DNA from: an uncultured delta proteobacterium
Lineage (GTDB): Bacteria; Desulfobacterota; Syntrophia; Syntrophales; Fen-1087
Direction: 5' to 3'
NCBI GenBank assembly: GCA_963708515.1
Contig: CAVPSX010000012.1
Coordinates: 409,185 to 473,184 of the forward strand
Length of the DNA stretch: 64,000 nt
Part shown: in pieces, positions 1 to 9,751 of the stretch
How positions within the stretch are numbered: position 1 is the stretch's first letter
Layout of the letters: each line of letters begins with the position of its first letter
Notes under the pieces: model-generated
Seen by the model: only the letters and a program-made list of their open reading frames with translations
Told to the model about the DNA's origin: nothing
Databases searched by the model: none
Program-made: the position numbers and the translations under genes

Positions 1-11
1 CCATTCCCCTG

Positions 12-809
12 ATGCCGCAGCCTGTAAAAGTGGCTGTCGTCCTCGGCGCCGGCGCGGCCAGGGGATTTGCCCATGTGGGTGTATTAAAGATCCTTGAATC
101 CAGCAAGATTCCGATCCATATGGTGGTGGGCACCAGCGTAGGCAGCCTTGTCGGATGCCTTTATGCTTATGGCCATGACGGCTATACGCTGCAAAGCCTG
201 GCCCTTGCCCTGGAAAGGGATGATCTCGTTGATCTGACGTTTCCCGATAATGGTTTTGTCAAAGGGGAAAAACTTGAAAATTACATCAACCGGATGGTGC
301 GCGGTACGCCCATTGAAGCATTCCGGATCCCTTTCCATGCCGTAGCCACCGACATTCAAACAGGCGAAGAGACCGTCTTCGGCACAGGAAACGCAGGCAT
401 GGCTGTACGGGCAAGCTGTTCCGTTCCCGGCGTCTTCCAGCCGGCCAGAATCTCGGGGAAAACTTATGTGGACGGCGGCCTTGTCAATCCTGTCGCCGTG
501 GATGTCGCCCGGCGTTACGGCGCTGATGTGGTCATTGCAGTGGATGTCTCCGCGGGACGAAACATGACTGTCCCGCAGGGGACGATCGATACGATCCTCC
601 AGTCCGTGGACATCATGCAAGCAAGAATATCCCATCTGCAACTTCCCCAGGCGGACGTGGTGATCAAACCGGACGTAGGGCATATCGGCGCCAGTGATTT
701 TGCGAAGAAGCATGCGGCCATCATCGAAGGCGAAAAGGCCACGGCGGCGGCGATACCCGCCATTCAGGCCGTGCTCATGAAATTCCGACAGGCGGGCAGG
801 ATCCCCTGA
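12..809 (+). CDS. patatin-like phospholipase (RssA/NTE family)
   Basis: 265-aa ORF with a glycine-rich loop GAGAARG near the N-terminus, GTSVGS (GxSxG nucleophile elbow) and VDGGL (catalytic Asp). The frame stays open to the window edge, so the true start could lie upstream. Confidence 0.85.
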   Translation: MPQPVKVAVVLGAGAARGFAHVGVLKILESSKIPIHMVVGTSVGSLVGCLYAYGHDGYTLQSLALALERDDLVDLTFPDNGFVKGEKLENYINRMVRGTPIEAFRIPFHAVATDIQTGEETVFGTGNAGMAVRASCSVPGVFQPARISGKTYVDGGLVNPVAVDVARRYGADVVIAVDVSAGRNMTVPQGTIDTILQSVDIMQARISHLQLPQADVVIKPDVGHIGASDFAKKHAAIIEGEKATAAAIPAIQAVLMKFRQAGRIP

Positions 810-834
810 GCAGAGATCAATAAACACCGCCGAA

Positions 835-3018
835 TCAGCCCGTCAGCAGGTTGATTCTGGTCTTTGCCTCCTCGTTCAGGAAGGGCCATAAGCCGACTTT
901 TTTCAGCGTATCGGGGGTCGGAATTCCGGAGGCAGTCCAGCCCCGCTCGAGATAGTAAGCCTGGATCAACCGGCGCAACTGGTCTTTCCTGTGCCGCATC
1001 AGACATTCTCGCCTTTCCGTCGTATTCATCTTGTCAATCTCGGTCGGAGCTTTTCCCAGAACCTGACCGAGATCCTGATCATGATAGGCCTTTTCAGCCT
1101 CATAAAGATCATCGTCAATCGGTCCGATGGCGCGATCGGGAATCCAGTCATACTGCCCCACACTCTTATCGTAGAACAGGATATTCATGACCCGCTGCAG
1201 GTTGATGTCCCGGTCCGTCTGGGCGAAGATCTGCTCCCACGTCATGTTCGTTCCGAAAACGCCATTGTAAAAATCCGCATAGATTTCCTGAGAGGCGGGG
1301 TTGATATACTTATCCGAGTTCTTCGTATTCTCCGATTCGGGATTAAAAACGTCCACCCAGGGCAGCTTGCACAGACCGAGATTGTCATTTCCCAGGCGGA
1401 CGCGCGGATAGGTGATCAGGGCCTTTGCTTTGTCCGCAAGTGTGGGGAAAGCGCCCAGCAGGTCCACCTTGATCAGCCAGGCGGCGGCGTGATGCGCCCC
1501 GATATCGCTGGCGGCGGCATAGGAAGCCTGCATGGACAAGGAGCGATGCGTCCGGTAGAGCGAAAAGGGCAACCCCTTTGTTTGCATGGCGAATTGCAGG
1601 AGTTGAGCCCGGGGATCGGCCTGGCCGGTTCCTGTGATGTATTTTTCAGCAACCCAGTCGACCAGAGGCAGCATGCCTTTGCCCGCCGCTGTCGCCAGTT
1701 CCGTCTCCCCATAAGCAATCTGCTGAATAAAGCGCAAAGCCGTCTGCTCGGCCCCCCACGTCAGTTCCAGTCCGTCCGTATCTTCCTGCTTCAGATATCC
1801 CCGTTGGAAACATTCCATCAGAAAAGCCATGACCACGGCAGTGGTGATGGTATCGATGCCATAGTTGTCGCAATGCCAGTTGGCCTCCATAATAAATTCG
1901 GCATTCCAGATGCCCAGATTGGAGCCGAAACCCGCAGCGGTCTCATATTCCGGCCCATCCACCCACACCGTGCGGCCTTTGAATTCACCGGACGTCAGGG
2001 TCACCCAACCGCCCTTGGTGCAGCGCAGATTACAGCCCGGGAAGCATCCGTCCATCCCGCGATGTTCGAAGAGATGTTCCGCGTAGAATTTTCCGGTGAT
2101 CCTGTCAGCGCGCGGATCCGAACCTAACTGATAATTGTTCACGGGCAGGGACTTGTATTCCTGCTTATTCATGAAGGCGATCAGTCCGGCGCTGCCTTTG
2201 CGGTACATCTTAAGTGATTGCGGGTCCACATCCCGGATGACCTTGCCGAGCCTTGCCCCTGCTTTTTTCGCCTTGTCCCAGTCGTCGGCGCCGAAGGGAT
2301 TGTCGCCCCGCGGATAGCCCGCCAGCACGACAATCGCCCGGATTCTCTTATCCATCATGACGGTTCCAAGTCCCGTCCTGCCGGCCTGCTTTGTCCGATA
2401 GAGCCCTTTCGTTCCGTCCACCGGTTTGGTGGGATCGAAGTAATGGCTGTTGATACAGCCGTAGGTTGTATGCGCGGCGCCGATACCCGTTGTCAGAAAC
2501 ACGATGTCTTTCCGGTCGTAGCCCGCCTCGCTGAACTGGTCGATCAGGCGCTTCTCCAGATCAAAAACCTGGTCTGCTGCGGCTGACTCTGTCACGGTGA
2601 TTTCCTGCCGGAAGCTGTCGATGACGATCATGCAGCCCCTTTCAGACTTTCCCGTGATTTCGAGGGCGTCAAATCCGGCATACTTGAGATAAGCGCCGAA
2701 ATGGCCGCCGAAATTCGAGACGCCCGGAATGCCGGTCAGGGGAGACAGCGAAACGGCCATGCATTTGCTCGTTCCCGGAAATTGCGGGATGCCCGCCAGC
2801 GGGCCGGGCGAAAAGATCAGCGGATTTTCCGGATCATAAGGAGCCGTTTGGGCGCTAATTCTTTGGTGGAGGAGATAGAGCCCCAGGGCCCTCCCACCGA
2901 TAAAATAGTCCCGGATCTGCGGATCGAGCCCGGGCGTTTCAATATCGCCTGTATTCAGGTCTATGGTGATGATTTGATTGGCATAGCCATGCTTGAGTGC
3001 AGATTTTGTGAACGTCAT
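835..3018 (-). CDS. aor: aldehyde:ferredoxin oxidoreductase family protein (tungsten/molybdopterin type, long variant)
   Basis: N-terminus ITIDLNTGDIE...DYFIGGRALGLYLL and C-terminal ...YYLERGWTASGIPT are typical of the AOR family. ATG at 3018 is preceded by GGAAGGGG; the ORF track start at 3039 is a GTG 7 codons upstream. Confidence 0.85.
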   Translation of the reverse strand: MTFTKSALKHGYANQIITIDLNTGDIETPGLDPQIRDYFIGGRALGLYLLHQRISAQTAPYDPENPLIFSPGPLAGIPQFPGTSKCMAVSLSPLTGIPGVSNFGGHFGAYLKYAGFDALEITGKSERGCMIVIDSFRQEITVTESAAADQVFDLEKRLIDQFSEAGYDRKDIVFLTTGIGAAHTTYGCINSHYFDPTKPVDGTKGLYRTKQAGRTGLGTVMMDKRIRAIVVLAGYPRGDNPFGADDWDKAKKAGARLGKVIRDVDPQSLKMYRKGSAGLIAFMNKQEYKSLPVNNYQLGSDPRADRITGKFYAEHLFEHRGMDGCFPGCNLRCTKGGWVTLTSGEFKGRTVWVDGPEYETAAGFGSNLGIWNAEFIMEANWHCDNYGIDTITTAVVMAFLMECFQRGYLKQEDTDGLELTWGAEQTALRFIQQIAYGETELATAAGKGMLPLVDWVAEKYITGTGQADPRAQLLQFAMQTKGLPFSLYRTHRSLSMQASYAAASDIGAHHAAAWLIKVDLLGAFPTLADKAKALITYPRVRLGNDNLGLCKLPWVDVFNPESENTKNSDKYINPASQEIYADFYNGVFGTNMTWEQIFAQTDRDINLQRVMNILFYDKSVGQYDWIPDRAIGPIDDDLYEAEKAYHDQDLGQVLGKAPTEIDKMNTTERRECLMRHRKDQLRRLIQAYYLERGWTASGIPTPDTLKKVGLWPFLNEEAKTRINLLTG

Positions 3019-3160
3019 TTCCCCTTCCCTTCCCGTCACCGCTCCGACGATTGTGACCGTCGATCGCTTTTTCGCAATACTTGGTCCATTTCAAAGGCGC
3101 GGCAACATAGGACAAAGGGGATTTCTTGTCAATGGATATATCTTGCAATTAATACATCCC

Positions 3161-3340
3161 TCAAACGATCTCCTCAACCGGTTCCGGCTCGGCGATATCT
3201 GAGCCTGCGTTCGGAATGCCGGTTTTTAGATCGGCCTTCTGCTGCTTAGCCAGGATGCGCTTTGCAGTTTTTTCCATCTGTTTCTGCTGCCTTGCCTTTT
3301 CTTTAGCCTGTTTGCCGAAGTTGTACATGGACTTTCCCAT
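3161..3340 (-). CDS. small lysine-rich hypothetical protein
   Basis: About 60-codon ORF with AAGGAG 6 nt upstream of the second ATG. Highly basic/Lys-Gln rich, no recognisable domain. Confidence 0.4.
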   Translation of the reverse strand: MGKSMYNFGKQAKEKARQQKQMEKTAKRILAKQQKADLKTGIPNAGSDIAEPEPVEEIV

Positions 3341-3505
3341 TTTCATCTCCTTTTTCTATCTTTCTTTCGCACGTTACAGAGTGTGCAACATGCACCCGTT
3401 CACTTCCGGCCAGCTTTTTCCCCATAATGTCTATCCGGAGGAAAGAGCTGTTCTGTGGATTTCCGGCGTTGCATACGGCTGACTGACTTGCATAGCAGCC
3501 GGCGG

Positions 3506-5110
3506 TCAATTCATCCTGTTATTGTGCGTCCAGCGCCAGTTCAGGGTCTTGCCGTTCTGATGCGGCTTGATGTAACCTTTGTCGATGAACAAGCGGATGG
3601 TCCGGCGGATCAGGGCCGCATCCGTATCGGTGGTTGTTTCCAGACGCTGGCAGAGTTGTTCCGCCGCCGCCTCGAGGATCTTCCCCCGGTCTTCAAATGC
3701 ATGGTCGGAGAGGGGAATGCATCCGAGCGACTCGATAAGATCTTCCGATAGTAGACGATAGACAAAGCGCATCTTGAAATGCCCTGCCACCTGTAGATCT
3801 TCGGTGTGCGTGTTCGTCTTCTCGTGGTAGCCGCGAACCTGCTTTTCCCAGCATTCGTTGATCTCCCGTTCGAATTCGCCCACAAAGGCATTGATCTGCT
3901 CCGGAGAAAGCGCCGAGGTTCTGACAATGGCGCTGTTGGCGTCATAGCGGGACCAGTCATGCGTCAGAATTTCGAGGTCATAGCGGTCCACTTCTTCGCG
4001 GACGGTCGTGCCGGGGAAAGGCGCCAGAAAATGATAGCCGTAAAGGGAGCCCAGGCTGCCGGCAAACCGTTTGGTTTCTTCGAGGGTTTCCATGGATTCA
4101 CCGGGCAGACCGACGACGAAAGAGGTATGGGCGAGCATGCCCACGTCGTTGCAGAGCCGGACGGCCTGGCGGACCTGATCCAGCGTGATGTTCTTCCGGA
4201 TGCGCTTGAGCATTTCCGGATTGCCCGATTCGACGCCGAAGCTGACGCTGTCGCAACCCGTATCTTTCATGATCTGAAGGGTTTCCCTATCCACCGTATT
4301 GACCCGCGCAAAGGCGCTCCAGGTAAACGACAAGCCCCTTTTCCGGATCTCGCCGCAGACCTCCATGACCTTGGCCTTGTCGGAGGCAAACAGGTCGTCG
4401 GCGACGTTGATCCGGTTGATGCCGTAAGACAGGATCTGCTCGATCTCATCGACAATCCTTGCGGCGCTGCGTTTACGGACCTTCTTGCCCACCATGCGCC
4501 TGCCCTGGCAGAAAATGCAGGAATAGGGGCAGCCCCTGCTCGTAATGATGCTGACGGGATAACCGAGCGCCTGATAGCGCGACAAGGGCAGAAGATGACG
4601 GGCCGGCAGGGGCAGCGTGTCGAGGTCGTCGATGAATTCCCGCTGCGGGGTCGCGACCAATCGGTCGTTCTGACGAAAGGTTATTCCTTGAATCCCGGCC
4701 CATGCGTCCCGGTCTTTCAAACGCGGCGCGAGCTCGGCAATGGTCTGTTCGCCCTCCCCCCGGACGATGAGGTCGATTTCGGGGTAGGCCGTCAGGGTGT
4801 TTTCGGCGTCAAAAGAGACATGCGGACCGCCCATCATGGTAACGATGTCCGGATTGTGGCGCTTGGCCGTCCGGACAATGTCCGCCGCGCTGTAAAAGTT
4901 CAACGTCACCGACGTGGCGCCGACGGCGTCGGGCTGGAACGCGTCCAGCTCCGCCTTCAATTTTTCCGGCGTGTATCGGCTGACAATGTAATCCAGGATT
5001 TTCACTTCGGCGCCGGCTGCCGCGAAGGCCGCCGCCACGTAGGTAACGCCCAGCGGCGGGGCCGGTGCTTCTTCCAGCGGGTAAGGGGGTGCAATTACAG
5101 CCACTCGCAT
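3506..5110 (-). CDS. B12-binding-domain radical SAM protein
   Basis: N-terminal Rossmann-like cobalamin-binding region (MRVAVIAPPYP...GAEVKILDY) followed by the CxxxCxxC cluster motif SRGCPYSCIFCQG. Confidence 0.85.
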   Translation of the reverse strand: MRVAVIAPPYPLEEAPAPPLGVTYVAAAFAAAGAEVKILDYIVSRYTPEKLKAELDAFQPDAVGATSVTLNFYSAADIVRTAKRHNPDIVTMMGGPHVSFDAENTLTAYPEIDLIVRGEGEQTIAELAPRLKDRDAWAGIQGITFRQNDRLVATPQREFIDDLDTLPLPARHLLPLSRYQALGYPVSIITSRGCPYSCIFCQGRRMVGKKVRKRSAARIVDEIEQILSYGINRINVADDLFASDKAKVMEVCGEIRKRGLSFTWSAFARVNTVDRETLQIMKDTGCDSVSFGVESGNPEMLKRIRKNITLDQVRQAVRLCNDVGMLAHTSFVVGLPGESMETLEETKRFAGSLGSLYGYHFLAPFPGTTVREEVDRYDLEILTHDWSRYDANSAIVRTSALSPEQINAFVGEFEREINECWEKQVRGYHEKTNTHTEDLQVAGHFKMRFVYRLLSEDLIESLGCIPLSDHAFEDRGKILEAAAEQLCQRLETTTDTDAALIRRTIRLFIDKGYIKPHQNGKTLNWRWTHNNRMN

Positions 5111-5117
5111 GTTTTTT

Positions 5118-5840
5118 TCAATCTCCTCTAACCGGGCGGATCATGGACCGCAGCCAGCCCAGCCAGGTATTATTTTTCATTGCGTCCCGGTCGATCTCGG
5201 CAAACTGCGCGGCCAGCGCCTGCGGATCGGCCATCCAGTCGCCGCGCGTTTTTATGGGCCGCCCCGGATCGAGCTCTTTGACCACCGTCGCGGGATTTCC
5301 GACGGCGACGCAATTGGGTGGAATATCCCGGATCACGACGGCCCCGGCGCCGATAATGCTGTTTTCGCCGATGGTCACGCCCTTGGCGACGATGGCGCTG
5401 TCGCCGATCCAGGCATTCCGGCCGATGCGGACCGGCGCCGAGAGTCCCACGGAAAGGCTGCGGTCATAGACGCCGTGCCAGTCCGAATCCGTGACAAAGG
5501 CGCCCTGGGCCAGCATGACGTTGTCGCCGATGACGATCTCACTGCCGGCGCTGAGCCGGACCCCGGGGCAGACGAGACAATAATTTCCGATTTCGATGCG
5601 CCCCCCGCTTTCCAGCGTGGACCAGACGGTGAGCCGGACCCGCCTGTCCGGTGTCGCAATGATATGCGTGTACGAGCCGACCGCAATGGGCTCCCCGAAG
5701 ATCTCCACGAACCAGGGTTTCATGAAGTGGCATCCCTCCCCGATGGATTCCAGTTGCGGGCGCAAGAAATGGTTCGCGTACCATCTTTGAAATCCCAGGT
5801 CGAGGCGCTTGAGGATATAGGGGCGGTGATCTTTTCTCAT
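5118..5840 (-). CDS. hexapeptide-repeat (left-handed beta-helix) acyl/acetyltransferase
   Basis: Tandem [LIV]-G-x4 hexapeptides (IGRNAWIGDSAIVAKGVTIGENSIIGAGAVV...VGNPA). Confidence 0.8.
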   Translation of the reverse strand: MRKDHRPYILKRLDLGFQRWYANHFLRPQLESIGEGCHFMKPWFVEIFGEPIAVGSYTHIIATPDRRVRLTVWSTLESGGRIEIGNYCLVCPGVRLSAGSEIVIGDNVMLAQGAFVTDSDWHGVYDRSLSVGLSAPVRIGRNAWIGDSAIVAKGVTIGENSIIGAGAVVIRDIPPNCVAVGNPATVVKELDPGRPIKTRGDWMADPQALAAQFAEIDRDAMKNNTWLGWLRSMIRPVRGD

Positions 5841-5846
5841 GGAAGG

Positions 5847-6965
5847 CTACTTTACCGGAATCACCGGGGGCAAGCCAAGCGAGTCATTGACGACACGGCC
5901 TGAAAAGACAGGCCTGGCGGCGGCAATGAACTGAAATTTGTAGGCGTTCCAGGAATCATGATGGAACAGGCCGCTCGCCGGCGTCAGATCGTTCAGGGCG
6001 TCGTAGGCCAGCATGATCGCTGCTGTTGTCCAGGCGGTCTTTTCCTCCGGCCAGATCACCGTGTCAGGAAAGGTAACGCCCATCCAGTATGAACCATCGT
6101 CATATTTTTTATCGGCCAGCCAACCAAACACGATGCGGGCCTTTTCGAGTTCCCCGATCGCGGCCAGCGTCAGGACGAGCTCGGCTGTTTCCGCCATCGT
6201 CGCCCAGGGGCGGTCGGAGACGCAGCGCACCCCCCAGCCCGGCGCCACGAATTTTTCCCAGTATCGGTCAATCCGCCGGCGTGCATCCGGCCCGGTGACG
6301 GCGCCGCAGAGAATCGGGTAGTACCAGTCCATGGAAAAACGCGATTTGATCATGTTGAACAGATTCGGGCGATACCGGATGGCCTGTCCGAGTTTTTCCA
6401 ACGCCTCCTCCCAGTCGTGTCGATTGCGTCCGAGACGTGCGGCGATGGCAAGGGCGCATTTGATGCTCATGTAAACGGAACTGGAACCGGTCAAAAGGGC
6501 CATAGGGTCTACAACCCCCTCGCCGCTCCTGGCCCAGTGAATCTCCCCCGTCGGCGCCTGCATGCGAACCGCATAATCCACACCGGAGCGGACGGTGGGC
6601 CACATGCGCTTCAGAAACGCGAGGTCGTCGCTGACAAGGTAATGATGGAAGACGCCCACGGCGATATAGGAAGACATGTTGGTATCCATCGTTTTATCGA
6701 TAGGAAGGCCGTTGCGATAGGCGGCGTACCAGCTTCCGTTGGCGTGCTGGGTCTTGCGCATCCATTCGTATGCCCGCTCGGCCTCTTCCCGATAACCGGC
6801 GACAGACAACCCCATGGCGGACTCCACATGATCCCAGGGGTCGGTCTTCCCGCCGACGGACCAGGGTATCTCCCCGTTTGCTTTCTGGACGGAAACGATA
6901 AAATCCGCCATCTGTTCCATATCCACGCGGGTTTCAACGACCGCATTCGACACGTCCAGTTTCAT
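5847..6965 (-). CDS. alpha/alpha-toroid protein (prenyltransferase/squalene-oxidase-repeat-like)
   Basis: Repeated aromatic-rich W/Y helical-hairpin pattern (NGEIPW, NGSWY, DGSYW). ATG at 6965 has a GAAGGAAG RBS and sits 1 nt after the upstream stop. Function is uncertain. Confidence 0.5.
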   Translation of the reverse strand: MKLDVSNAVVETRVDMEQMADFIVSVQKANGEIPWSVGGKTDPWDHVESAMGLSVAGYREEAERAYEWMRKTQHANGSWYAAYRNGLPIDKTMDTNMSSYIAVGVFHHYLVSDDLAFLKRMWPTVRSGVDYAVRMQAPTGEIHWARSGEGVVDPMALLTGSSSVYMSIKCALAIAARLGRNRHDWEEALEKLGQAIRYRPNLFNMIKSRFSMDWYYPILCGAVTGPDARRRIDRYWEKFVAPGWGVRCVSDRPWATMAETAELVLTLAAIGELEKARIVFGWLADKKYDDGSYWMGVTFPDTVIWPEEKTAWTTAAIMLAYDALNDLTPASGLFHHDSWNAYKFQFIAAARPVFSGRVVNDSLGLPPVIPVK

Positions 6966-6966
6966 T

Positions 6967-7683
6967 TCAATCTGCTTCCTTCTTGAGGTAGAATACGATG
7001 CTCTTTGCAATGAAGGGGTTTAGCATCCGCTCCAGCGTCCGGATCAACGGCGGGCGCCTGATGATATCCCACTCCAGAAATTTCTTGTAAAGATTCACCG
7101 GCCGTGAGTGTTCATTTTTATGGCCGACCAGGCATTTCAACCACCAGTATGGCGCGTGGAGACCGTGCTTATAGCGGATCGTCCGGCAGGTCACGCCGGT
7201 GGCCTCCAGCAGCGCCTGCAGTTCCTTTCTCTTGTATATCCGGATATGACCGCCCGGCTCGTTGTGATAGGCCTCTGAGAGCGCCCAGCAGATCCGTTCG
7301 GGCAGATATCTCGGGACGCTCACCACCAGTTCGCCGCCCGGTTTCAGGACACGGACCAGTTCCCGGACGGCTTTACGGCTGTCTGGAATATGTTCGAGCA
7401 CCTCCGAGCAGACGACCGCATCGAAGGTGCCGTCTTTAAACGGCAGCCGGGCGACATCCGCCCGTGAAATCAGACAGCGCCCTTCCCCGCCGCCGTTCTG
7501 GCTATGTATCAGGTAAAGGGTCGTCGCTGTTTTGCAGAGGTCTTCCCAGTTCAGGTCGATGCCGACAACATCCACACCCTTGATCCGGAAGGCTTCGCAG
7601 ACATGACGCCCTGCGCCGCACCCCGCATCGAGCACGCGATCCCCCGCCTTGAGCCGCAAAGATTGAAAATCAACGGTGAGCAT
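6967..7683 (-). CDS. class I SAM-dependent methyltransferase (type 11)
   Basis: Motif I VLDAGCGAGRH and post-I/II acidic motifs (VVGIDL, FDAVVCSEVLEH). Confidence 0.85.
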   Translation of the reverse strand: MLTVDFQSLRLKAGDRVLDAGCGAGRHVCEAFRIKGVDVVGIDLNWEDLCKTATTLYLIHSQNGGGEGRCLISRADVARLPFKDGTFDAVVCSEVLEHIPDSRKAVRELVRVLKPGGELVVSVPRYLPERICWALSEAYHNEPGGHIRIYKRKELQALLEATGVTCRTIRYKHGLHAPYWWLKCLVGHKNEHSRPVNLYKKFLEWDIIRRPPLIRTLERMLNPFIAKSIVFYLKKEAD

Positions 7684-8941
7684 CGATGGCTTCCCGGTAA
7701 ACGTCCACCGTTTTCAGGGCGGCGTGCCGCCAGGTAAAAGCGTTTTCCACACGGCGCAGTCCGGCCTGCCCGAGTTCATGTCTTTTTTCCGGATGATCCA
7801 GCAGGTAAAGGATCGCCGCTTCGAGGGCGCCCGTATCGCCCGGCGGGACGATGACGCCGGCGTCGCCGACCACTTCCGGCAGAGCGCCGCCCGATGTGCT
7901 GATCACGGGCGTCCCGCAGGCCATGGCCTCGCCGGCGGGCATGCCGAATCCTTCGTACAGCGACGGAATCACCGCCAGGGTGGCCTCCGCGTAATAACGG
8001 GCAAAGTCCCTGTATGCAATGCGTCCGGTAAACCGCAGGGCGCCGTTGAAGCCCAGGTCCCGGGCAAGACGTTCGATCACGCCGTTTTTCTTGGGGGCGC
8101 CGATGACAGTCAGCCGGACATCGCGCTGCTTCCGGATGGAGGCGACCGCCTCAAGCAGGTAGCGCAGACCTTTCAGGGGGGTGTCGGCGCTGTTGGTGGC
8201 CAGCAATTGATTGTCCGCCCTTTTAATGTCGGGCAGCGGATAAAAGAAATCCGTGTTGATCCCGTTGGGAACCACGCGGAAACGATCTTCGGAGACGCCG
8301 AAATCCTTGCTGATGTCCCGTTTTGAACATTCAGACACGGTGATGATGCGCGCCAGACGTCGCGTCACGCGCTTCTGCATGCCCAGAAAAGAATACCAGC
8401 GTCTCACTTTGAGCCTCTTGAGCAAAGACGGCGCTGCGTCCAGTTCCGCATCCCGGTCCACCGTCACGGGATGATGAATCGTGGCCATTGCGGGATATCC
8501 GATCCGGGAGAGATCTGCAATGCCGTAAGCCAGACATTGGTTGTCATGAACAATATCATAGGCCGGTCTTGTCGTACGAAAATATTGGTTGACCCTCATC
8601 CCGAAGGTCAGCGGTTCCGGAAAACCGCCCAGGCACATGCTGAGAAATTCCAGTTGATTCACGGGCGAAGCAAGATCCCGCCAGCGGGCGGGCCTGAAGA
8701 GGTGATCCGGGTTGTACAGATCCAGCCCAGGCAGTTTATGCAGCCCTATATCCGCAGCCAGCTCGGGGTAAGGCGGACCGGAGACGACACTCACCTCATG
8801 TCCCAGGTCTCTTAACGCCCGGCTCAGATACTTGATATAAACGCCCTGCCCACCCGAGGTGGGATTGCCGCGATAGGTCAGCAGGCATATTTTCAACGCA
8901 CTTTGAGGCGATTTTTTCTTACCGTTAGCCTTGACGACCAT
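7670..8941 (-). CDS. glycosyltransferase family 4 (GT-B)
   Basis: N-terminal GGQGVYIKYLSRAL and C-terminal EGFGMPAGEAMACGTPVI (E-x7-E type). Start is uncertain (ATG 8941 or TTG 8965, neither with a clear RBS). Confidence 0.8.
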   Translation of the reverse strand: MVVKANGKKKSPQSALKICLLTYRGNPTSGGQGVYIKYLSRALRDLGHEVSVVSGPPYPELAADIGLHKLPGLDLYNPDHLFRPARWRDLASPVNQLEFLSMCLGGFPEPLTFGMRVNQYFRTTRPAYDIVHDNQCLAYGIADLSRIGYPAMATIHHPVTVDRDAELDAAPSLLKRLKVRRWYSFLGMQKRVTRRLARIITVSECSKRDISKDFGVSEDRFRVVPNGINTDFFYPLPDIKRADNQLLATNSADTPLKGLRYLLEAVASIRKQRDVRLTVIGAPKKNGVIERLARDLGFNGALRFTGRIAYRDFARYYAEATLAVIPSLYEGFGMPAGEAMACGTPVISTSGGALPEVVGDAGVIVPPGDTGALEAAILYLLDHPEKRHELGQAGLRRVENAFTWRHAALKTVDVYREAIDAHR

Positions 8942-8984
8942 TTTGACAAACTCGTAAAAAATCAAAAAATTAGCCTAAAATGAC

Positions 8985-9098
8985 GGCTTCATAAAAAGCT
9001 CCGCAGGCAAGGCGCTCAAATCCTGGGGAAAGGCGTACTCAGGCATACGCCGCAATGACAAAAGATGCGGCGCAATGCAGCATCCGGACTTTTTTTAC
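8985..9098 (-). repeat. family-2 palindromic intergenic element, copy Y
   Basis: The reverse complement aligns position-for-position with 63041-63148 (GTAAAAA..GTCC..ATGCTGC.TTGCGC..CATC....GTCATTGCGGCGTA.GC...AGTACGCCT...GCGCCTTGCCT..GG.GCTTT). It has terminal inverted repeats and an A-run/T-run. Confidence 0.85.
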
Positions 9099-9751
9099 GC
9101 AGGCGTCAATATCTTCCGGATCAACGTCTCCGAATTGCCGAACATCGCCTCAATTTCCAGCGCCGCGAGGCCGGCGCCCAGGGCAACCTTCCGGGCCATT
9201 TCCAGGGAAATGAAGTCTTGAGGGCTGTGGGCGTCCGTATTGAGAACGAGTGAGGCGCCGCACTGCCTCGCCAGCATGGCCACATGTCCGTTGCTCAGGC
9301 TGTGTCCCTTGCGGGCCGTAATCTCCAGGCAGATGCCTCTTTCAGCCGCAAGCCGGACTTCCTGTTCCGTGATCAGACCGGGATGCGCCAGGATGTCGAC
9401 CGACGCTGCGATGGCGGCGGCATTGGTCCCGCTCGCCACCGGCTCCACAATCGTTTCTCCATGCACAAGCACCAGTTTCGCCCCCAGTTCTCTGGCGGCC
9501 ACGGCCAGTCCGTTGATCAGCGCCGGCGGCACATGCGTGAGCTCGATTCCCGGGATAACTTGAATATCATAAGCTTTCGACAAGCTCTGACAAACCCCGG
9601 CCACGCGGGGGATAATAAAATCCAGATTTGACGCATCACCGTGATCGGTAATGGCAATGGCCCGATAACCGGCGTGCCTGGCGCGCCGGACCAGTTCCGA
9701 CGGGATCAGTTCACCGTCGCTGAAGAGGCAGTGGGTATGCAGATCAATCAC
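9095..9751 (-). CDS. PHP-domain metal-dependent phosphoesterase
   Basis: IDLHTHCLFSDG and AITDHGD motifs. GTG at 9751 is preceded by AAGGAGG at 7 nt; the ORF track start at 9784 is a TTG without an RBS. Confidence 0.8.
   Translation of the reverse strand: MIDLHTHCLFSDGELIPSELVRRARHAGYRAIAITDHGDASNLDFIIPRVAGVCQSLSKAYDIQVIPGIELTHVPPALINGLAVAARELGAKLVLVHGETIVEPVASGTNAAAIAASVDILAHPGLITEQEVRLAAERGICLEITARKGHSLSNGHVAMLARQCGASLVLNTDAHSPQDFISLEMARKVALGAGLAALEIEAMFGNSETLIRKILTPA

Noticed and set aside
991-2127. 378-aa ORF on the + strand, plus the neighbouring ORFs 864..1190 and 2218..2586
   Set aside because: It lies entirely antisense to the well-supported AOR gene. Its composition is Arg/Pro/Gly-rich and low in complexity, typical of shadow ORFs in GC-rich DNA. 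It has no motifs.
3806-5131. 441-aa ORF on the + strand
   Set aside because: It is antisense to the radical SAM gene, which has clear CxxxCxxC and B12-domain motifs. It is a shadow ORF.
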